A stretch of DNA of 62,724 nucleotides, counting the filler, from Chiloscyllium plagiosum (Eukaryota): NCBI RefSeq assembly GCF_004010195.1. It is 5 parts of one record of this genome, joined end to end, with 100 filler letters (N's around TTAATTAATTAA, not from the genome) between each part and the next. Parts side by side here need not be neighbours in the genome. Positions count along the whole stretch, not along the records: positions 46,597 to 57,011 come from NC_057711.1; positions 57,112 to 62,724 come from NC_057711.1; 3 more parts are not named here. One strand, written 5' to 3'. This document shows, piece after piece, positions 50,617-62,724 of the stretch. The notes under the pieces were generated by a model that was not told the DNA's origin, searched no databases, and saw only the letters and a list, made by a program, of their open reading frames with translations. The number at the start of each line of letters is the position of its first letter. Within the stretch, counting starts at the first letter, position 1. A program made the position numbers and the translations under genes.

Positions 50617-50945
50617 AGCAGCATGGTGCCTCAGTGGTTGGCACTGCTGCCCCACAGTGTCAGGGACCTACATTCCGTTCCACCTTGGGCGACTGTCTAT
50701 GTGGAGTTTGCAAGTTCTCCAGGTCTGTGTGGCTTTCCTTTGGGTACTCTGGTTTCCTCCCACAGTTTAAGTTTGTGCAGGCTTGGTGGATTGGCTATGC
50801 TGAATTTCCCATAGTAATCCAGGGCTACGTAGGCTAATTGGATTAGCCATGGGACATGCAGGGTTATAGGGTAGGTCTGGATGGGATGCTCTTCAGAGGG
50901 TCAGTGTGGACTCAATGGCCCGCTCCCACACTGTAGGGATTCTAT
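50617..50945 (+). mobile_element. HE1-type V-SINE (degraded)
   Basis: GCAGCATGGTGCCTCAGTGGTTGGCACTGCTG head, V-domain, CACACTGTAGGGATTCTAT tail. Confidence 0.8.
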
Positions 50946-51567
50946 GGCTCAAGGGCACCCCAAACCCACCTCCAGCCAAGATGTCACCTCCTCCTTTTAG
51001 ATTGCACTGTTTATCTCAGAGAAGCAGGCACTACCCACTGCTCACCCTCTCCATGCCGTGGCAGCTTCCTCACGCTGAAACCTCAGGATTTACCTTCTTG
51101 GCAAAGCCATGTTCCACTTTGGGCTCTTTCCTGCAGCCTGAGCAGTGTACAATACTCAGCTCTGATGCTGCCAGGAGTGATGCCCAATCAGATTGGCTAG
51201 CAGCTCCTGTTTCCCACTGAGAGCTGGATTACCCACTTTTAAACATCTAACCCACCTCTGGCATGTTGTGGTTGTGGGGCAAGCTTTTTTTTCACCTGTC
51301 TTCCCTTCTGAGGTGCGAGCAGTCTACTGCAGTGCAGTGAATATACAGTGTAGAGGATACACAGTTGAGTGGGTATATAGGATAAGTTGCTAATGATGCA
51401 TACAATGTAGAGGGCACACAATGCAGCAGATGTACATTCTGAACAGCACTGCAGGTACACTGCCAGTGGCTGCACAAGATGGTGTGCAAAAAAATGTTTT
51501 CATGGTCCAATGGCTATATAGTGCATTTGTGCACAGTGCTGAGTGTATGGAGCTCTGGATAGATCAT

Positions 51568-51776
51568 TGTTAAAAATCACACAACACCAGGTTATAGTCC
51601 AACAGGTTTATTTGGAAGTACAAGCTTTCGGAGTGCCACTCCTTCAGGAGGTGGTTGTGATGAAGGAGCAGCGCTCCAAAATCTAGCGCTTCCAAATAAA
51701 CCAGTTGGACTCTAACATAGTGCTGTGTGATTTTTAACTTTGTACACCCCAGTCCAACACCAGCTCCTCCACATCA
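51568..51776. mobile_element. Palindromic Penelope-like insertion, family A
   Basis: TSD TGGATA(G/C)ATCAT (51556-51567, 51777-51788); inverted arms of about 80 bp. Confidence 0.85.
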
Positions 51777-52045
51777 TGGATACATCATGGAATACTAACT
51801 TTATGCTCTGCATGTACAGTACCACCAGTGGAAGGTACAATGGGTGTAGAATGGAAGCTCTAAGTGCATAGTACTGTATTACACTCCAACCTTCTATTGA
51901 CCTGGAGCAATTAATTTTGTGCGTTACTGATTAATACAGAGCAGGAATTCCCACCTTGTGACTGTACAACTGCCCTTTCATCCCTTGAATAAACAGATAA
52001 ATCTCATAATCAAACCTCCATCCTCATCCTATTCCCATGTTGTCA

Positions 52046-52340
52046 TGGGGAGAGGTAATGGCATAGTCGTCTTATCTCTAGACTGTTAATCCAGAGACCC
52101 AGGTTCAAATCCCGCCATGGCATCTGAATTCATTTTTTAAAAATCTGGAATCAGTCTAAATGATGACCTATGAACCAATGCCAACGGTCAGAAAAACCCA
52201 TCTGGTTCACTAATGTCCTTCAGGGAAGGAAACTGCTGTCCTTACCTGGTCTGGCCTACATGTGACTCCAGATTCTTAACAGTTCCCTAGGATGGGCAAT
52301 AAATGCTGGCCTAGTCAGCTGCCCCCTTATCCTATGAACA
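52046..52340 (+). mobile_element. tRNA-derived SINE with probable Meta-type central domain; tail shared with the second LINE family
   Basis: B box GGTTCAAATCCC; GGTTCACTAATGTCCTTCAGGGAAGGAAA..CCTTACC; tail GGGCAATAAATGCTGGCC. Confidence 0.65.
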
Positions 52341-52479
52341 AATTAAAAATAAAACATACATACCCTTGGCTCTTGTCTCAGTGTCCAAAGGTCAAGGAGA
52401 GTTGTAAGCACTGTATCAAGGCTGACACTTCAATGGCGTATTAAGGGTGCACAGCCTGGGCAAAGTCTCAACTGAGACA

Positions 52480-52720
52480 TTAAAACTTTCAACTGAACAT
52501 AAAAGATCCCACAGCGCAGTTCAAAGAAGATCAAGGGAGATCATCCTAGGTGTCCCATCGGGCTATCTGGTTATTACCACATTGAAAACTATGAAATCTT
52601 ACTGCACAGAAACTGGCTGCTATATTTCCCTACATTACACTTGTCACTAAACTTCAAACATGCTGCATTGGCTGGGAAGGAACGTCCTGAGGTCCACAAA
52701 GAAGGCATCATGTAAATACT
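52480..52720 (+). mobile_element. Deu-domain SINE (SacSINE1/AmnSINE-like) remnant
   Basis: AAAAGATCCCAC..GAAGA..GGGAG, AACTGGCTGC..TTTCCCTACATTACA, CATTGGCTG..TCCTGAGG (recalled Deu-domain motifs). Confidence 0.45.
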
Positions 52721-53594
52721 TGTTAACTTGTTACCATCAAAAAAGAAATGGATTGAATCTTTTGAGCTGATCATAGTAACACACTTTATTCAGGTGCATG
52801 TTAAACTACTCACAAAATCAGTTACAAAAATAGTTTTAGATTGATAAAACAAAACCACACAGACATCCGGATGCAGCCTGGATGGACCAGTGACGGGCTA
52901 CAAATCCACATTTAGTAACGACTGGTTTCAACTATAACGTTGTCAAAGGCAAAAAAAAAAAGATTGAGAAGTACCAACATAGCATGCAACTCGGGCCACA
53001 AACGTGCACCTGCAGGCTGTTATTGCAAAGGTGCCCGGTGGCCGAGACATAAACAGACGGAATAATTAAAAGCAGGAGAAGCTAAAATACAGAGCAGCAT
53101 CATTTACAGAGCACCCTTTAGAGATGCAACATTTCAGGATGTTGACCCTCCAGCACCAACCATTACAATTCAGATTTCAGCTTCATTTCACCTTTTGACC
53201 AGAACCTCAACTCCTATCTGTTTGTAAGCAACTGACAGATTGAATAAAAACTGGAATTTATCCGTACAAAACTTTGATTTAAATCAAGCAGATTGCACCA
53301 ACAAAACTGTGAAGGTTATTTTGATTTTGCTTAAATTCAAAACAGTTCCCCCGATTCAGGGAAGGCTGCAGGAAAAGCAAAGTTGTTTCTGAGTTTGGTG
53401 AATATGTCAAGTACTCATTAAAAGTGAGGGATAAGTGATAACTGTCACCTGAAGTATCAAACTGGTTGGAGGGGGGGGGGGGGGGGGGGGGGTGAGGGGG
53501 TGGAGTGGAGCTGTACAAGAAACAACTGCAACCTGAACTTTCCTTGACTCCATGTCAAGTAAGTGCTGAAAACCCAAAATCAGGACATCAGGCT

Positions 53595-54040
53595 TGAATC
53601 ACAGATTCCCTACAATGTGGAAGCAGACCATTCGGCCTATCGTGGTCCACGAACCCTCTGAACAGCATCCCATCCAGACCCACCCCACCACCCTATCCCT
53701 GCATTTCCCATGTCTAATCCACCTAGCCCACACAACATAACGGGCAACTTAGCGTGGCCAATCCACCTAACTTACACATCTGAGAAAGGATCACCGGACC
53801 CGAAACGTTAACTCCTGATTTCTCTTCACAGCTGCTGCCAGGCCTGCTGAGCTATTCCAGCAACTTCTGTCTTTGTTTCTGCACATCTTTGGACTGTGGG
53901 AAGAAACCGGAGCACTCGGATATAATCCATGCAGACACAGGGAGAATGTGCAAACTCCACACAGATGGTCACCTGAGGATGGAATCGAATCTGGGACCCT
54001 ACTGCTGTGAGGCAGCAGTGCTAACCATTGAACCACCCCA
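53595..54040 (-). mobile_element. HE1-type V-SINE carrying a Penelope-like family C insertion (53782-53881)
   Basis: The SINE is collinear either side of the insert; TSD CACATCT 53775-53781 / 53882-53888; CTGAGAAAGGATCACCGGACCCGAAACGTTA. Confidence 0.85.
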
Positions 54041-55258
54041 AATAAATTGGCTAAAAATTGTTCTTCCTTCCACCAACCTCCCCAATGGTTTCTTTATGTG
54101 ACATTCCTTCTAAGTCTCTATTCATGGGTAATGCTTCTCTTACATGGGAAGTGAGCATGTTGAGACTGTTCAAACATATTGCATATTGAATTTTGTTGTT
54201 GACAATGTGGGAGAAAGGATCTGCTCTGGTCTTTGAAGATGGATCAGAATCCTGGATTTCAGAGCAGAAGAGTGAAGACAGTAACCCACTGGATTCCCCC
54301 ATATCCCTCTTTACATGGAACTGAGAGATTAAACAACAATAACAGTGCTCTCATCATAAAGAGAGGAGTATTCCATCTTACTTATGGTGCTATCATTTGC
54401 ATGTTGGAAGTGGCCCTAGTAACTGGTGACACACATTTTCTTCCAAGCAGAAGGAAAAGCTTTTGCTGACATCCGCACCTAAGTGCCTCAGAAATCAGTT
54501 ACTAGTTCCTGATTGCATCAAAGAGCTTACAATGGCAGATTCTAAAAAGCCCAATTGCCCTTTAAGATCACCAAAATATAATTTCTTAAACAAAAGAAAG
54601 TGAAAAAGAATCTGTCAAATGTAGGCTTTGAGATCAGGGGATTTCTTTACAAACAGTAGCTTCCTCTATTAACCCGACCGTGGATCTTTCTATACTAAAC
54701 AGAGTGGTCTTTACTGTTCATGTATTATGCAAAAGGTCCACAACCTTTGAAATCCAAATAGCATTATAATACCCTTGTTAGCTTCTTCAACCAGTTAGTA
54801 TGAAGAAGAAGCTGATAATAGGTTGGACGAGCAACAACTGGGAATATGCAAAGAAAATCCAAACATTGTTGAAACCCAGGAGTAAAAGAATTGACACACA
54901 GCAAAATAGTTATATCCTTCACAAGCTTACAAATCATGCTCATCATCGACACAACTGCACTGCAGGTCATTGCTAAATCCCCATCTTTTAAGACAAGTTT
55001 TTTTTTTAAATGAACACTGGCCACAAATGTGTAACATATTATAATGATTGTCCAGTTCTCTCCATCGCACAATACAAGTTGCATTTTTGTACAATTCATC
55101 CCTAATAATACCAGCACGTAGTTTTCACATAAAACCAAAGATGCTTAAAAACTACCATGTCCACTATAATAACAAATAGGAACCATTGGCATAAAACTTG
55201 TGCCTTGTATCGGGAACACATGTAGAACTGGTTCTCCACTCGTGAGGCAAATCGTGTT

Positions 55259-55338
55259 TCATGAGACTGTGAGGAGTTCCTCGGTTTCTCTCAGAAGAAC
55301 CACCTGAAAGCTTCCCCTCCACCGGGGACGATTACCCT
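55259..55338 (-). CDS. Putative last coding exon: (x)GNRPRWRGSFQVVLLRETEELLTVS*
   Basis: Open frame from the acceptor to TGA at 55259-55261, assuming phase 1. Protein not recognised. Confidence 0.35.
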
Positions 55339-55552
55339 CTACGAAAGGAAAGGAAAGAAAAGTTTGATTAATCATGAGAAGTGGAAAATAAATTCTTTTT
55401 CTCGACGAGTAGTCAAGAAATTGGAACGTCCACAAACCGACAGGCCACGATGTGAACACTCCTTACACCAATGTCACCAATTCCACAGTAACTATCAGAC
55501 CGATTACTCCTGTACCATGGCAGGATTTTACAGCTTCCCAGAGCCCAGACTG

Positions 55553-55790
55553 AATGAAGAAGGAGCAGTGCTCCGAAAGCTGGTGCTTCCAATTAAAACT
55601 GTTGGACTATAACCTGGTGTTGTGTGACTTTTAACTTTGTCCACCCCGGTCCAACATCGGCATCTCCAAATCAAACTAAAACTGGTGGAAGAGGCAAAAA
55701 CAGAAATTGCTGGAAAAGCTCAGCAGGTCTGGCAGCATCCGTGGAGAGCAATCAGAGTTAACATTTCAGGTTGAGTGACACTTCCTCAGA
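55553..55790. mobile_element. Adjacent Penelope-like terminal fragments: family A (+, 55553-55672) and family C (-, about 55695-55790)
   Basis: TGAAGAAGGAGCAGTGCTCCGAAAGCT...; AAAAACAGAAATTGCTGGAAAAGCTCAGCAGG...CTTCCTCAG. Confidence 0.8.
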
Positions 55791-56461
55791 ATTCAGTTCA
55801 AAACAAGTGAAGGGGGATTGGTCAAACCCATGGTCACACACAGGGAGTGTACTGGATGTTAATTCAGAAATCAGCTCCACTTGCTGAAAATGCGCACAGT
55901 GTTCCACAAACCCTGCACCTTCTCAAGCAACCACTCGGCTCATTTCAATGTTCAAGCCCAAAGTAGAAGCCATAAGTCACTGATCAGGCAGTGTTTGTGA
56001 AGTCAGGTTAACGCTATATGTGTACTTGAGTCAACGCTGATGAATGTTACCCAGACAAGAGGTTGGTGTTAACTACATGGCTTATGGTGGAGTTAGAGCA
56101 ACTTTCAGACTGGGAGCTCAAATCCCATCAAGGCAATTTTTGAAATCAAATTGGAACAGCAGCAGAAAATGACCCTGAAACCTGGGTTTACGTAAAAAGA
56201 TAAAGAGCTCACTCACGCAGTTTCAAAAAGAGAGCCCGCAGTCCTATCTCGTGTGGCCACACATGAGTCCAGGTCCACACAAAGTGGTTACATTTCAGTG
56301 CCCTTACCATATGGGACTTGTGTTGTTGAAAAACGAATTGGGGATCATTTTGACTTTATCATCCACCAGGAAGAAAGAGCACCACACACTGAGTTCAATG
56401 CTTAAAAGAATGATTGACAACTTTTAATTCATTCATGAGATGTGGCCTGGCATTTATTAGG

Positions 56462-57011
56462 TAAAAACAATGACTGCAGATGCTGGAAACCAGATTCTGG
56501 ATTAGTGGTGCTGGAAGAGCACAGCAATTCAGGCAGCATCCGAGGACAGGCAAAATCGACGTTTCGGGCAAAAGCCCTTCATCAGGAATAAAGGCAGAGA
56601 GCCTGAAGCGTGGAGAGATAAGCTAGAGGAGGGTGGGGGTGGGGAGAGAGTGGCATAGAACCTCCCTCACCTCCATCCAAGGCCCTAAAGGAGCCTTCCA
56701 CATCCATCAAAGTTTTACCTGCACATCCACTAATATCATCTATTGTATCCGTTGCTCCCGATGCGGTCTCCTCTACATTGGGGAGACTGGACGCCTCCTA
56801 GCAGAGCGCTTTAGGGAACATCTCAGAGACACCCGCACCAATCAACCAAACCGCCCCGTGGCCCAAAATTTCAACTCCCCCTCCCACTCTGCCGAGGATA
56901 TGGAGGTGCTGGGCCTCCTCCACCGCCGCTCCCTCACCACCAGACGCCTGGAGGAAGAACGCCTCATCTTCCGCCTCGGAACACTTCAACCCCAGGGCAA
57001 CAATGTGGATT
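56462..57011 (+). mobile_element. Penelope-like element family B: inverted terminal repeat followed by GIY-YIG ORF
   Basis: FTCTSTNIIYCIRCSRCGLLYIGETGR.LAERFREH...RRLEEERLIFRLGTLQPQG.N; intact hammerhead core on minus at 56558-56585. Confidence 0.9.
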
Positions 57012-57111
57012 NNNNNNNNNNNNNNNNNNNNNNNNNNNNNNNNNNNNNNNNNNNNTTAATTAATTAANNNNNNNNNNNNNNNNNNNNNNNNNNNNNNNNN
57101 NNNNNNNNNNN

Positions 57112-57870
57112 GGGGTGCGGGGGGGGGAGGAGGTGGGCGGGGGGGCGGCGTAGCGTGCGGCGTGGTCCTTGAGCAGGTGAGTGATGTCACTGGGAGCGGA
57201 GGTTGCTGCGGCGACGGCAGCTCCGGGGGCGGAAGTGACTGCGGCGACGGCAGCTCCGGGGGGGAAGTGGCGCGCCGGGCAGAAATGGCGCTGGTCTCGA
57301 TGGCCATGGATCCCGCGGCGGCCGCGTATCTGTTGGTGATGGTCTTCCTGGCGATCGTGGAGGCGGTTGTCTGGGCGGCGATCGCGGAGGCTGCATGGTC
57401 GGTGATGGCTGTTGTCCGTGTGGCGGTGGGGGCGGAAATGACGTCACCGTTTGCCGCGGCGGTGGTGGCTGCAGCGGCCGCGTGGGCAATGGCGCCCGAG
57501 CAGTTCCGGAGGTCACGAAAAGGTTCAAAAACGATCAAGAAATCCGGAGTGTGGGGCTGAGTACGTGAAAGTTTTTTGTACTTACTTTCTTTGATGTTCG
57601 ATATGGCTAGGAAAAAACATTTGTTCAGTGTATGAATTCTTCTGAGGATGAAGAACAGCAAAGATCCTTTACAGGTCTGGGAGAGTGTTGTCCTGAGCTG
57701 GGGCAGGGCTGACTGCAGGGGAGTGTCGGTAGCGGCGCATGGCTGCGAGCGTGGAGCGGAGGATCCGGAGGGAGGTCTGTTGCTGGAGGCTTCGGATTTG
57801 TTGCAAGTACTGGTTGTCCTGGTTGGGTCCAAATTGTGTTGGTCTGAATGTGTCCTGGTTGGGTCCAAAT
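57112..57870 (-). mobile_element. Penelope-like element ORF N-terminal region (GC-rich, internally repetitive)
   Basis: Open minus frame SALPQLRTTLSQTCKGSLLFFILRRIHTLNK..IKESKYKKL then an Ala/Thr/Pro-rich tract; abuts a gap shared with another PLE. Assignment is from recall. Confidence 0.55.
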
Positions 57871-58224
57871 TAAATGTCAATGAGTCAAAGTTTGATAGAA
57901 TTTGGAAAATGGATGGCCATTATATGGAGGAATATATCATTGTAGTGACCAGTCTCTCGCCATCTTGGCCACTCTATGTGGACCTCTGAACTGGACCTTT
58001 AAAGTTCACCTGATATTGGTAAGAGCATTAACACAGTCTCTTGGCTGAAAGCTTCAACATGTTTGTCTGCTGGATTTTCCATCACTGTTTGGGAGTTTTT
58101 TCAAGATTTCTCAGAGCAGTTCACAGGCTTGGGAGAGTTACTCTTGGATTTCTGCTCTATAGTGTAACATGGAGACTTCCTCCTTCAGCTCTAGGTTGCA
58201 GAGGCCCTTGGTGCCCATTGACAT

Positions 58225-58675
58225 TGGTGTTGTGAAGAATGGGACTGGCCTCACTACTGCAGAACGCTCCAAGCAGTTGGACTGTTCCGTATCACCTGTC
58301 CTTCATGGAGAAGTTGGCAAAGGAAAACACCTTTGATCACAGGCCCATCAGGAAGTGGTCAGCACGTAGTGTCCTCGAGACCCTGTGGGAAAAGGAGAGG
58401 ATGGATCCCTGAGCAGTCTGTCAAAGTCAGTTGGCAGAACACCTCATCACCAGGACATCGCTAGGCTGGTGGTGAGAAGGGCATTGCCTGTGAGATCCTT
58501 CATGTACACCCAGTCGGTCTGCACCAGTGCACGCTGCCCTCGAAGCGGGTGGGGGGTAGAGGCATGGGGGTAGTGGTTAAGACTGTCACACATCCCCTTC
58601 TGGAATGGGCCTGTGCAAAGGAAGTTTGCAGAGAGATGCAGTGGTGTTTGGCAGCGTTCATCCCAAGCAGCTCTG
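58225..58675 (+). mobile_element. Tx1/L1-clade LINE ORF2 C-terminal fragment
   Basis: LVVRRALPVRSFMY....TSARCPRSG...KTVTHPLLEWACAKEV.REMQW: degenerate C-terminal CCHC region. Confidence 0.7.
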
Positions 58676-58719
58676 GGGAAGGATATACAATCTCTCCACA
58701 TCTACTCTGTCAAGGATAT

Positions 58720-59120
58720 ACTAGTTTGCCCATCCCTAGTTGCCCTCGAGAAGGTGGTGGTGGGCTGCTTTCTTGAGTTGTTACAGTCCATGCTGTGGAT
58801 TGACCCACAGTGCCCTTAGGGAGGGAATTCCAGGATTTTGACCCAGCGACAGTGAAGGAATAGCGATATATTTCCAACTCAGGGTGGTGAGTGGCTTGGA
58901 GGGTAACTTGAAGGTATTCCATGTATCTGCTGCTCTTGCCCTTCTAAATGGCAGTGGTTGTGGGTTTGGAAGGTGCTGTCTGGGGATCTTTGGTGAATGT
59001 CTGCAGTGCATCTTGTAGGTAGTACACACTGCTGCTACTGAGCGTGGGTGGTGGAGGGAGTGGCTGCCTGTGGATGTGGTGCCTATCAAGCAGGGGCTGC
59101 TTTGTCCTGGATGGTGTCAG
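58720..59120 (-). mobile_element. L2/CR1-group LINE (second family) 3' region
   Basis: Minus ORF 58781-59089 HSLHH.RSVAAVCT.YKMHC matches + ORF 2358-2660. Confidence 0.8.
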
Positions 59121-59124
59121 GTTT

Positions 59125-62080
59125 GCCTGCTTTTCCCCCTTAACGCTTGATTCCCTGACTGATCAAAAACGTAACTCAGCCCTGAATGTACTAAACAACC
59201 CAACCTCAATATCCCTCTGCAGTAAAGAATTCCATAGATTCAATACCCGTCCTTGGAAGAAATTCCTCCTCATCTGTGCCTTAAGTGTGTAACCCTTTAT
59301 TCTGAGATGATTCCTTCCGGTCCTAGATTCTCCCAGAAGGCAAACAATCTCTCCACATCTACTCTGTCAAGTGCCATATGAAAAGGTTGCCGCTCGTACA
59401 TCTAAATTCAAATGAGTACAGGCCCAATCTACTCAACCTGCCCTCATAAGGCCGTACCTCCATCTCCAGTTTCAGTTCAGTGGACCTTCTCCAAACTACC
59501 TCCAGTATCAGTATATCCTTCCCCAGATAAAGAACCCCAAACTGTTTATTATATTTCCAGCTCTGGGCAGGCTAGTAATTTATATAGTGTAAGTAAAATG
59601 TACCTACTTTTATACTGGGTTCTCTTTGAAATAAAGACCCACATCCTACGTACCTTCCTGATTACCTTCTGAACTTGGCTGCTAGATATGTTTTTGCAAT
59701 TTATGCAAGAGGACTCCCAAATTCCTCTGTGTTGTAGCTTTCTTCAGTCCTTCTCCACTTAGATAACTCTCACCTCCTACGTTCTTCCTGCCAAAGTACA
59801 TAGTCTCACATGTTCCTGTATTACATTCCATTTGACCAGTCTTCATCTACTCACTCAACACGTCTGTATTCCCCCCCCGCAGTCTCTTTGTGTCATCCTC
59901 AGAACCTGCCTTCCCACGTGTTCTTGTGTTTTCTGTAAACTTGTTGATAACATTGTACATTCACTTTCTTCATCCATTAATACATACAGCAGATTTCCAG
60001 AAAGTCTTTAACAAGATGTTGCACTGGAGGCTGCTAAATAAGAGCCCGTGGTGTTAGGGGAAAGGGACTGACATGGATAAAGGATTGGCTGACTGGCAGA
60101 AGGCAGAGCACGGATAAAGGGGTCTTTTTCAGGATAACAGCTGGTGACTAGTGGATTCCGCAGTGTCAGTGTTGACAAAGTAACTGGGGGCTATGTTGCT
60201 AAGTTTGTAGATGACACAAAGATACCCTGGAGTGACTTAAGGAAGTGGGGAGGCTGCAGAAGGATTTGGGCAGGATAGGAGAGTGGGCAAAGAAGTGGCA
60301 GATAGAATGCAATGTGGGAAAATGTGAGGTTATACACTTTGGCAGGAAGTATAGAGGCGTAGGCTATTTTCTAAACAGGGAGAGGCTTCAGAAAGCTGAA
60401 AGCACAAAGGGGCTTAGGAATCCTTGTTCAGGTTTCTGTTAAGGTTAACATGTAGGTTCAGTTGGCAGTTAGGAAGGCAAATGCAATGTTGAGAGGTCCA
60501 GCGTACAAGAGCGGAGATGTACTGTTGAGTTGGATGGCTGTATAAATCTCTGGTCAGAATGGATTTGGAATACTGTGAGCAGTTTCGCACCCTGTATCTA
60601 AGTAAGGGCGTGCTCGCATTGGAGGGGGTCCAGAGGAAGTTTACAAGAATGATCTTGGGAATGAAGGGATTGTTGTATGAGGAATGGTTGAGGATTCTGG
60701 GTTTGTACTTGATGGGGTTTAGAAGGATGAGGGGGAATCTGATTGAAACTTACAGAATACTGAGAGGTCTCGGAGGAGTACAAGTACATAGTTCTTTGAA
60801 AGCGGCTGCACAGGTAGACAGGGTGGTGAAGAAAGCATTTAGCATGCTGGCCTTCATTGGTTGAGACATTGAGTATAGGAGTTGGGACGTTCTGTACAAG
60901 TCTTGGTGAGGCCGCACTTGGAGTATTGAGCACAGTTTTGACCACCCTGTTGTAGGAAAGACGTAGTTAAACTGGACAGAGTGCATAGAAGATTTACGAG
61001 GATGTTGCCAGGACTAGTAGGCCTGAGTTATAGGGAGAGGTCAGCCTTTCGGGCTTTATTCCTTGAAATGTAGGAAAATGAGGGGTGACCTTAATGAGGT
61101 GGACAAAATCATGAGGGACATAGATAGGATGAACACATATAATTTCTTTTTCCCAGGGATGGGGAATTGAAAATTAGAGAGCTTAGGTTTAAGGTGAGAG
61201 GGTAAAGATTTAAGAAGAACCTGAGGGCAACTTCTTCGCCCAGAGTGGTGCGTATGTGAAATGGGCTGCCAGATAGTGGTTGAGGCAGGTACAATAGCAA
61301 CATTTAAAACACATTTGGATAGGTATATGGATGAGAAGGGCTTAGAGGGATATGGACCAAACATGGGTAATTGGAACTAGCTGAGTCGGCACCATGGTCA
61401 GCATGAACCAGTTTGGGCTGAAGGGCCTGTTTCCATGCTCTATGACTCTATGACTAGTAGAAGAGATAAGGACCCAAAGGCATAGCCTCAGCCTCAGAGT
61501 GAAGGGACAATCCTTTAGAACAGTGATAGGGAGGAATTTCTTTGGCAAGAAGGTGATAAATCTGTGGAACTCATTGCCACGGTTGGCTGTGGAGGCCATT
61601 ATTGAGAGATAGATATGTTCTTGATTGGTAAAGGGATCAAGAGTTAAGGAGAGAAGGCAGGAGACTGCTGTTGAGAAGCATATTGGCCACAATCTAATGG
61701 CAGAGCATACTTGATGGGCCAATTGGCCTCATTCTGCTCCCATGTCTTACGGTCTAAATAATTATGCCCCCAGCACTGATCGTGATGGCAATCCACAAGT
61801 TATAGGTTACCATCCTGAAAATGCCTCCCTTATCACAACTTGCTATTAGTTAGCCAATCCTCCATCCATGCTGACATCCTACCTCCAACATCATGTGGAG
61901 TTATTTTACTGAGTAGCCTAGCATATGGCGCCTGATCAACACTTTCTGAAAATCCAAATATCTATATCCACTGCTTTCCCTTTATCTATTTTGCTTTGGT
62001 ATCTCGTCAGAGAACTTTAATAAATTTGGAAGGATGGTTTCTCCTTCATGAAGCCATGTAGCCCCTGCTTGATTGTATTA
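59125..62080. mobile_element. Cluster of nested CR1 fragments (- 59125-59990; + 59990-61760 with a nested + copy 60770-61455; - 61760-62080)
   Basis: KFVDDTK, LQKDLGRIGEWAKKWQ, LEYCEQF, RRMRGNLIETYRIL, QVDRVVKKAF and several CR1 tails. Confidence 0.85.
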
Positions 62081-62407
62081 CATGTCACCGTGTATGATAT
62101 AAGATGTAACAATATCCCTCTTTCCTTTGGACAGGAATCTACTCACACTTTTCTGAATGTTTCCCTAATCAGGCAACGGATTCACAGACACAGGTTATCA
62201 CCAGTTCTACAAGGTTTCTTCCCTATCCAATGCTTTCTTGACTCATAGGTCACATTTTGGGTGAGAATGATATCCTTCTTTGTTGAGCTTCCACTTTTCA
62301 GCCATGTCTCAGTAATAGCAGTACGCCATCTTCCCATTCATGCCTGTAGCTCACATCAGTTCACCACACAGTGAGCATCTAATACCAAGTCTCTAATACT
62401 GAGCATA

Positions 62408-62724
62408 TAAGACCATGAGACCATAAGACATAGGAGTGGAAGTAAGGCCATTCGGCCCATCGAGTCCACTCCGCCATTCAGTCATGGCTGATGCGCATTT
62501 CAGCTCCACTTACCAGCGTTCTCCCCGTAGCCCTTAATTCCTCTAGACAACAAGAATCTATCAATCTCGGCCTTGAAGACATTTAGCGTCCCGGCTTCCA
62601 CTGCACTCCGTGGCAATGAATTCCACAGGCCCACCACTCTCTGGCTGAAGAAATGTCTCCGCATGTCTGTTCTGAAATGACCCCCTCTAATTCTAAGGCT
62701 ATGTCCACGGGTCCTAGTCTCCTC
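62408..62724 (-). mobile_element. CR1 3' end (same young subfamily as 1-217)
   Basis: Near-exact reverse complement of 1-217 with a (CCATAAGA)n tail. Confidence 0.88.

Larger units (their letters stand above)
52785..55338 (-). other. Probable terminal exon (short coding tail + about 2.5-kb 3' UTR) of an unidentified minus-strand gene
   Basis: Strong acceptor TTTTCTTTCCTTTCCTTTCGTAG| at 55339/55338, minus-strand AATAAA at 52785-52790, and U-rich, mostly non-repeat sequence between. Confidence 0.45.

Noticed and set aside
51320..51890. Degenerate TGCA/TACA-rich periodic tract
   Set aside because: No stable unit or reading frame could be defined; most likely an eroded minisatellite.
57112..57560. 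CpG island or promoter, or an Ala/Pro-rich host gene
   Set aside because: It appears to be the repetitive N-terminal region of a young Penelope-like ORF next to a gap.

Overview
Vertebrate, repeat-rich genomic DNA, most likely from a shark: it carries many HE1-type V-SINEs and their CR1/HER1-type partner LINEs (inference from repeat families). One intact protein-coding gene is clear. It is a three-exon beta-thymosin (TMSB10-like, 44 aa, CDS join 11817-11916 and 12006-12040) with a GC-rich TATA promoter containing a perfect CArG box. A probable terminal exon and 3' UTR of a second, unidentified minus-strand gene lies at about 52.8-55.3 kb. The rest is mostly mobile DNA: CR1 and L2-like LINEs, a Tx1/L1 fragment, SINEs, Gypsy remnants (including a Gmr1-like 3' half with LTR and a solo LTR), and a deleted endogenous retrovirus at 23.6-28.3 kb. 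That ERV has an LTR with 21-bp repeats, a coiled-coil Gag with PTAP and MHR, RT, tether, RNase H and a partial integrase. At least four Penelope-like families are present; their short, often palindromic, TSD-flanked insertions are centred on minimal hammerhead ribozyme motifs. There are five assembly gaps, four with an artificial TTAATTAATTAA linker. Repeat boundaries are approximate and family names come from recalled motifs, not searches.
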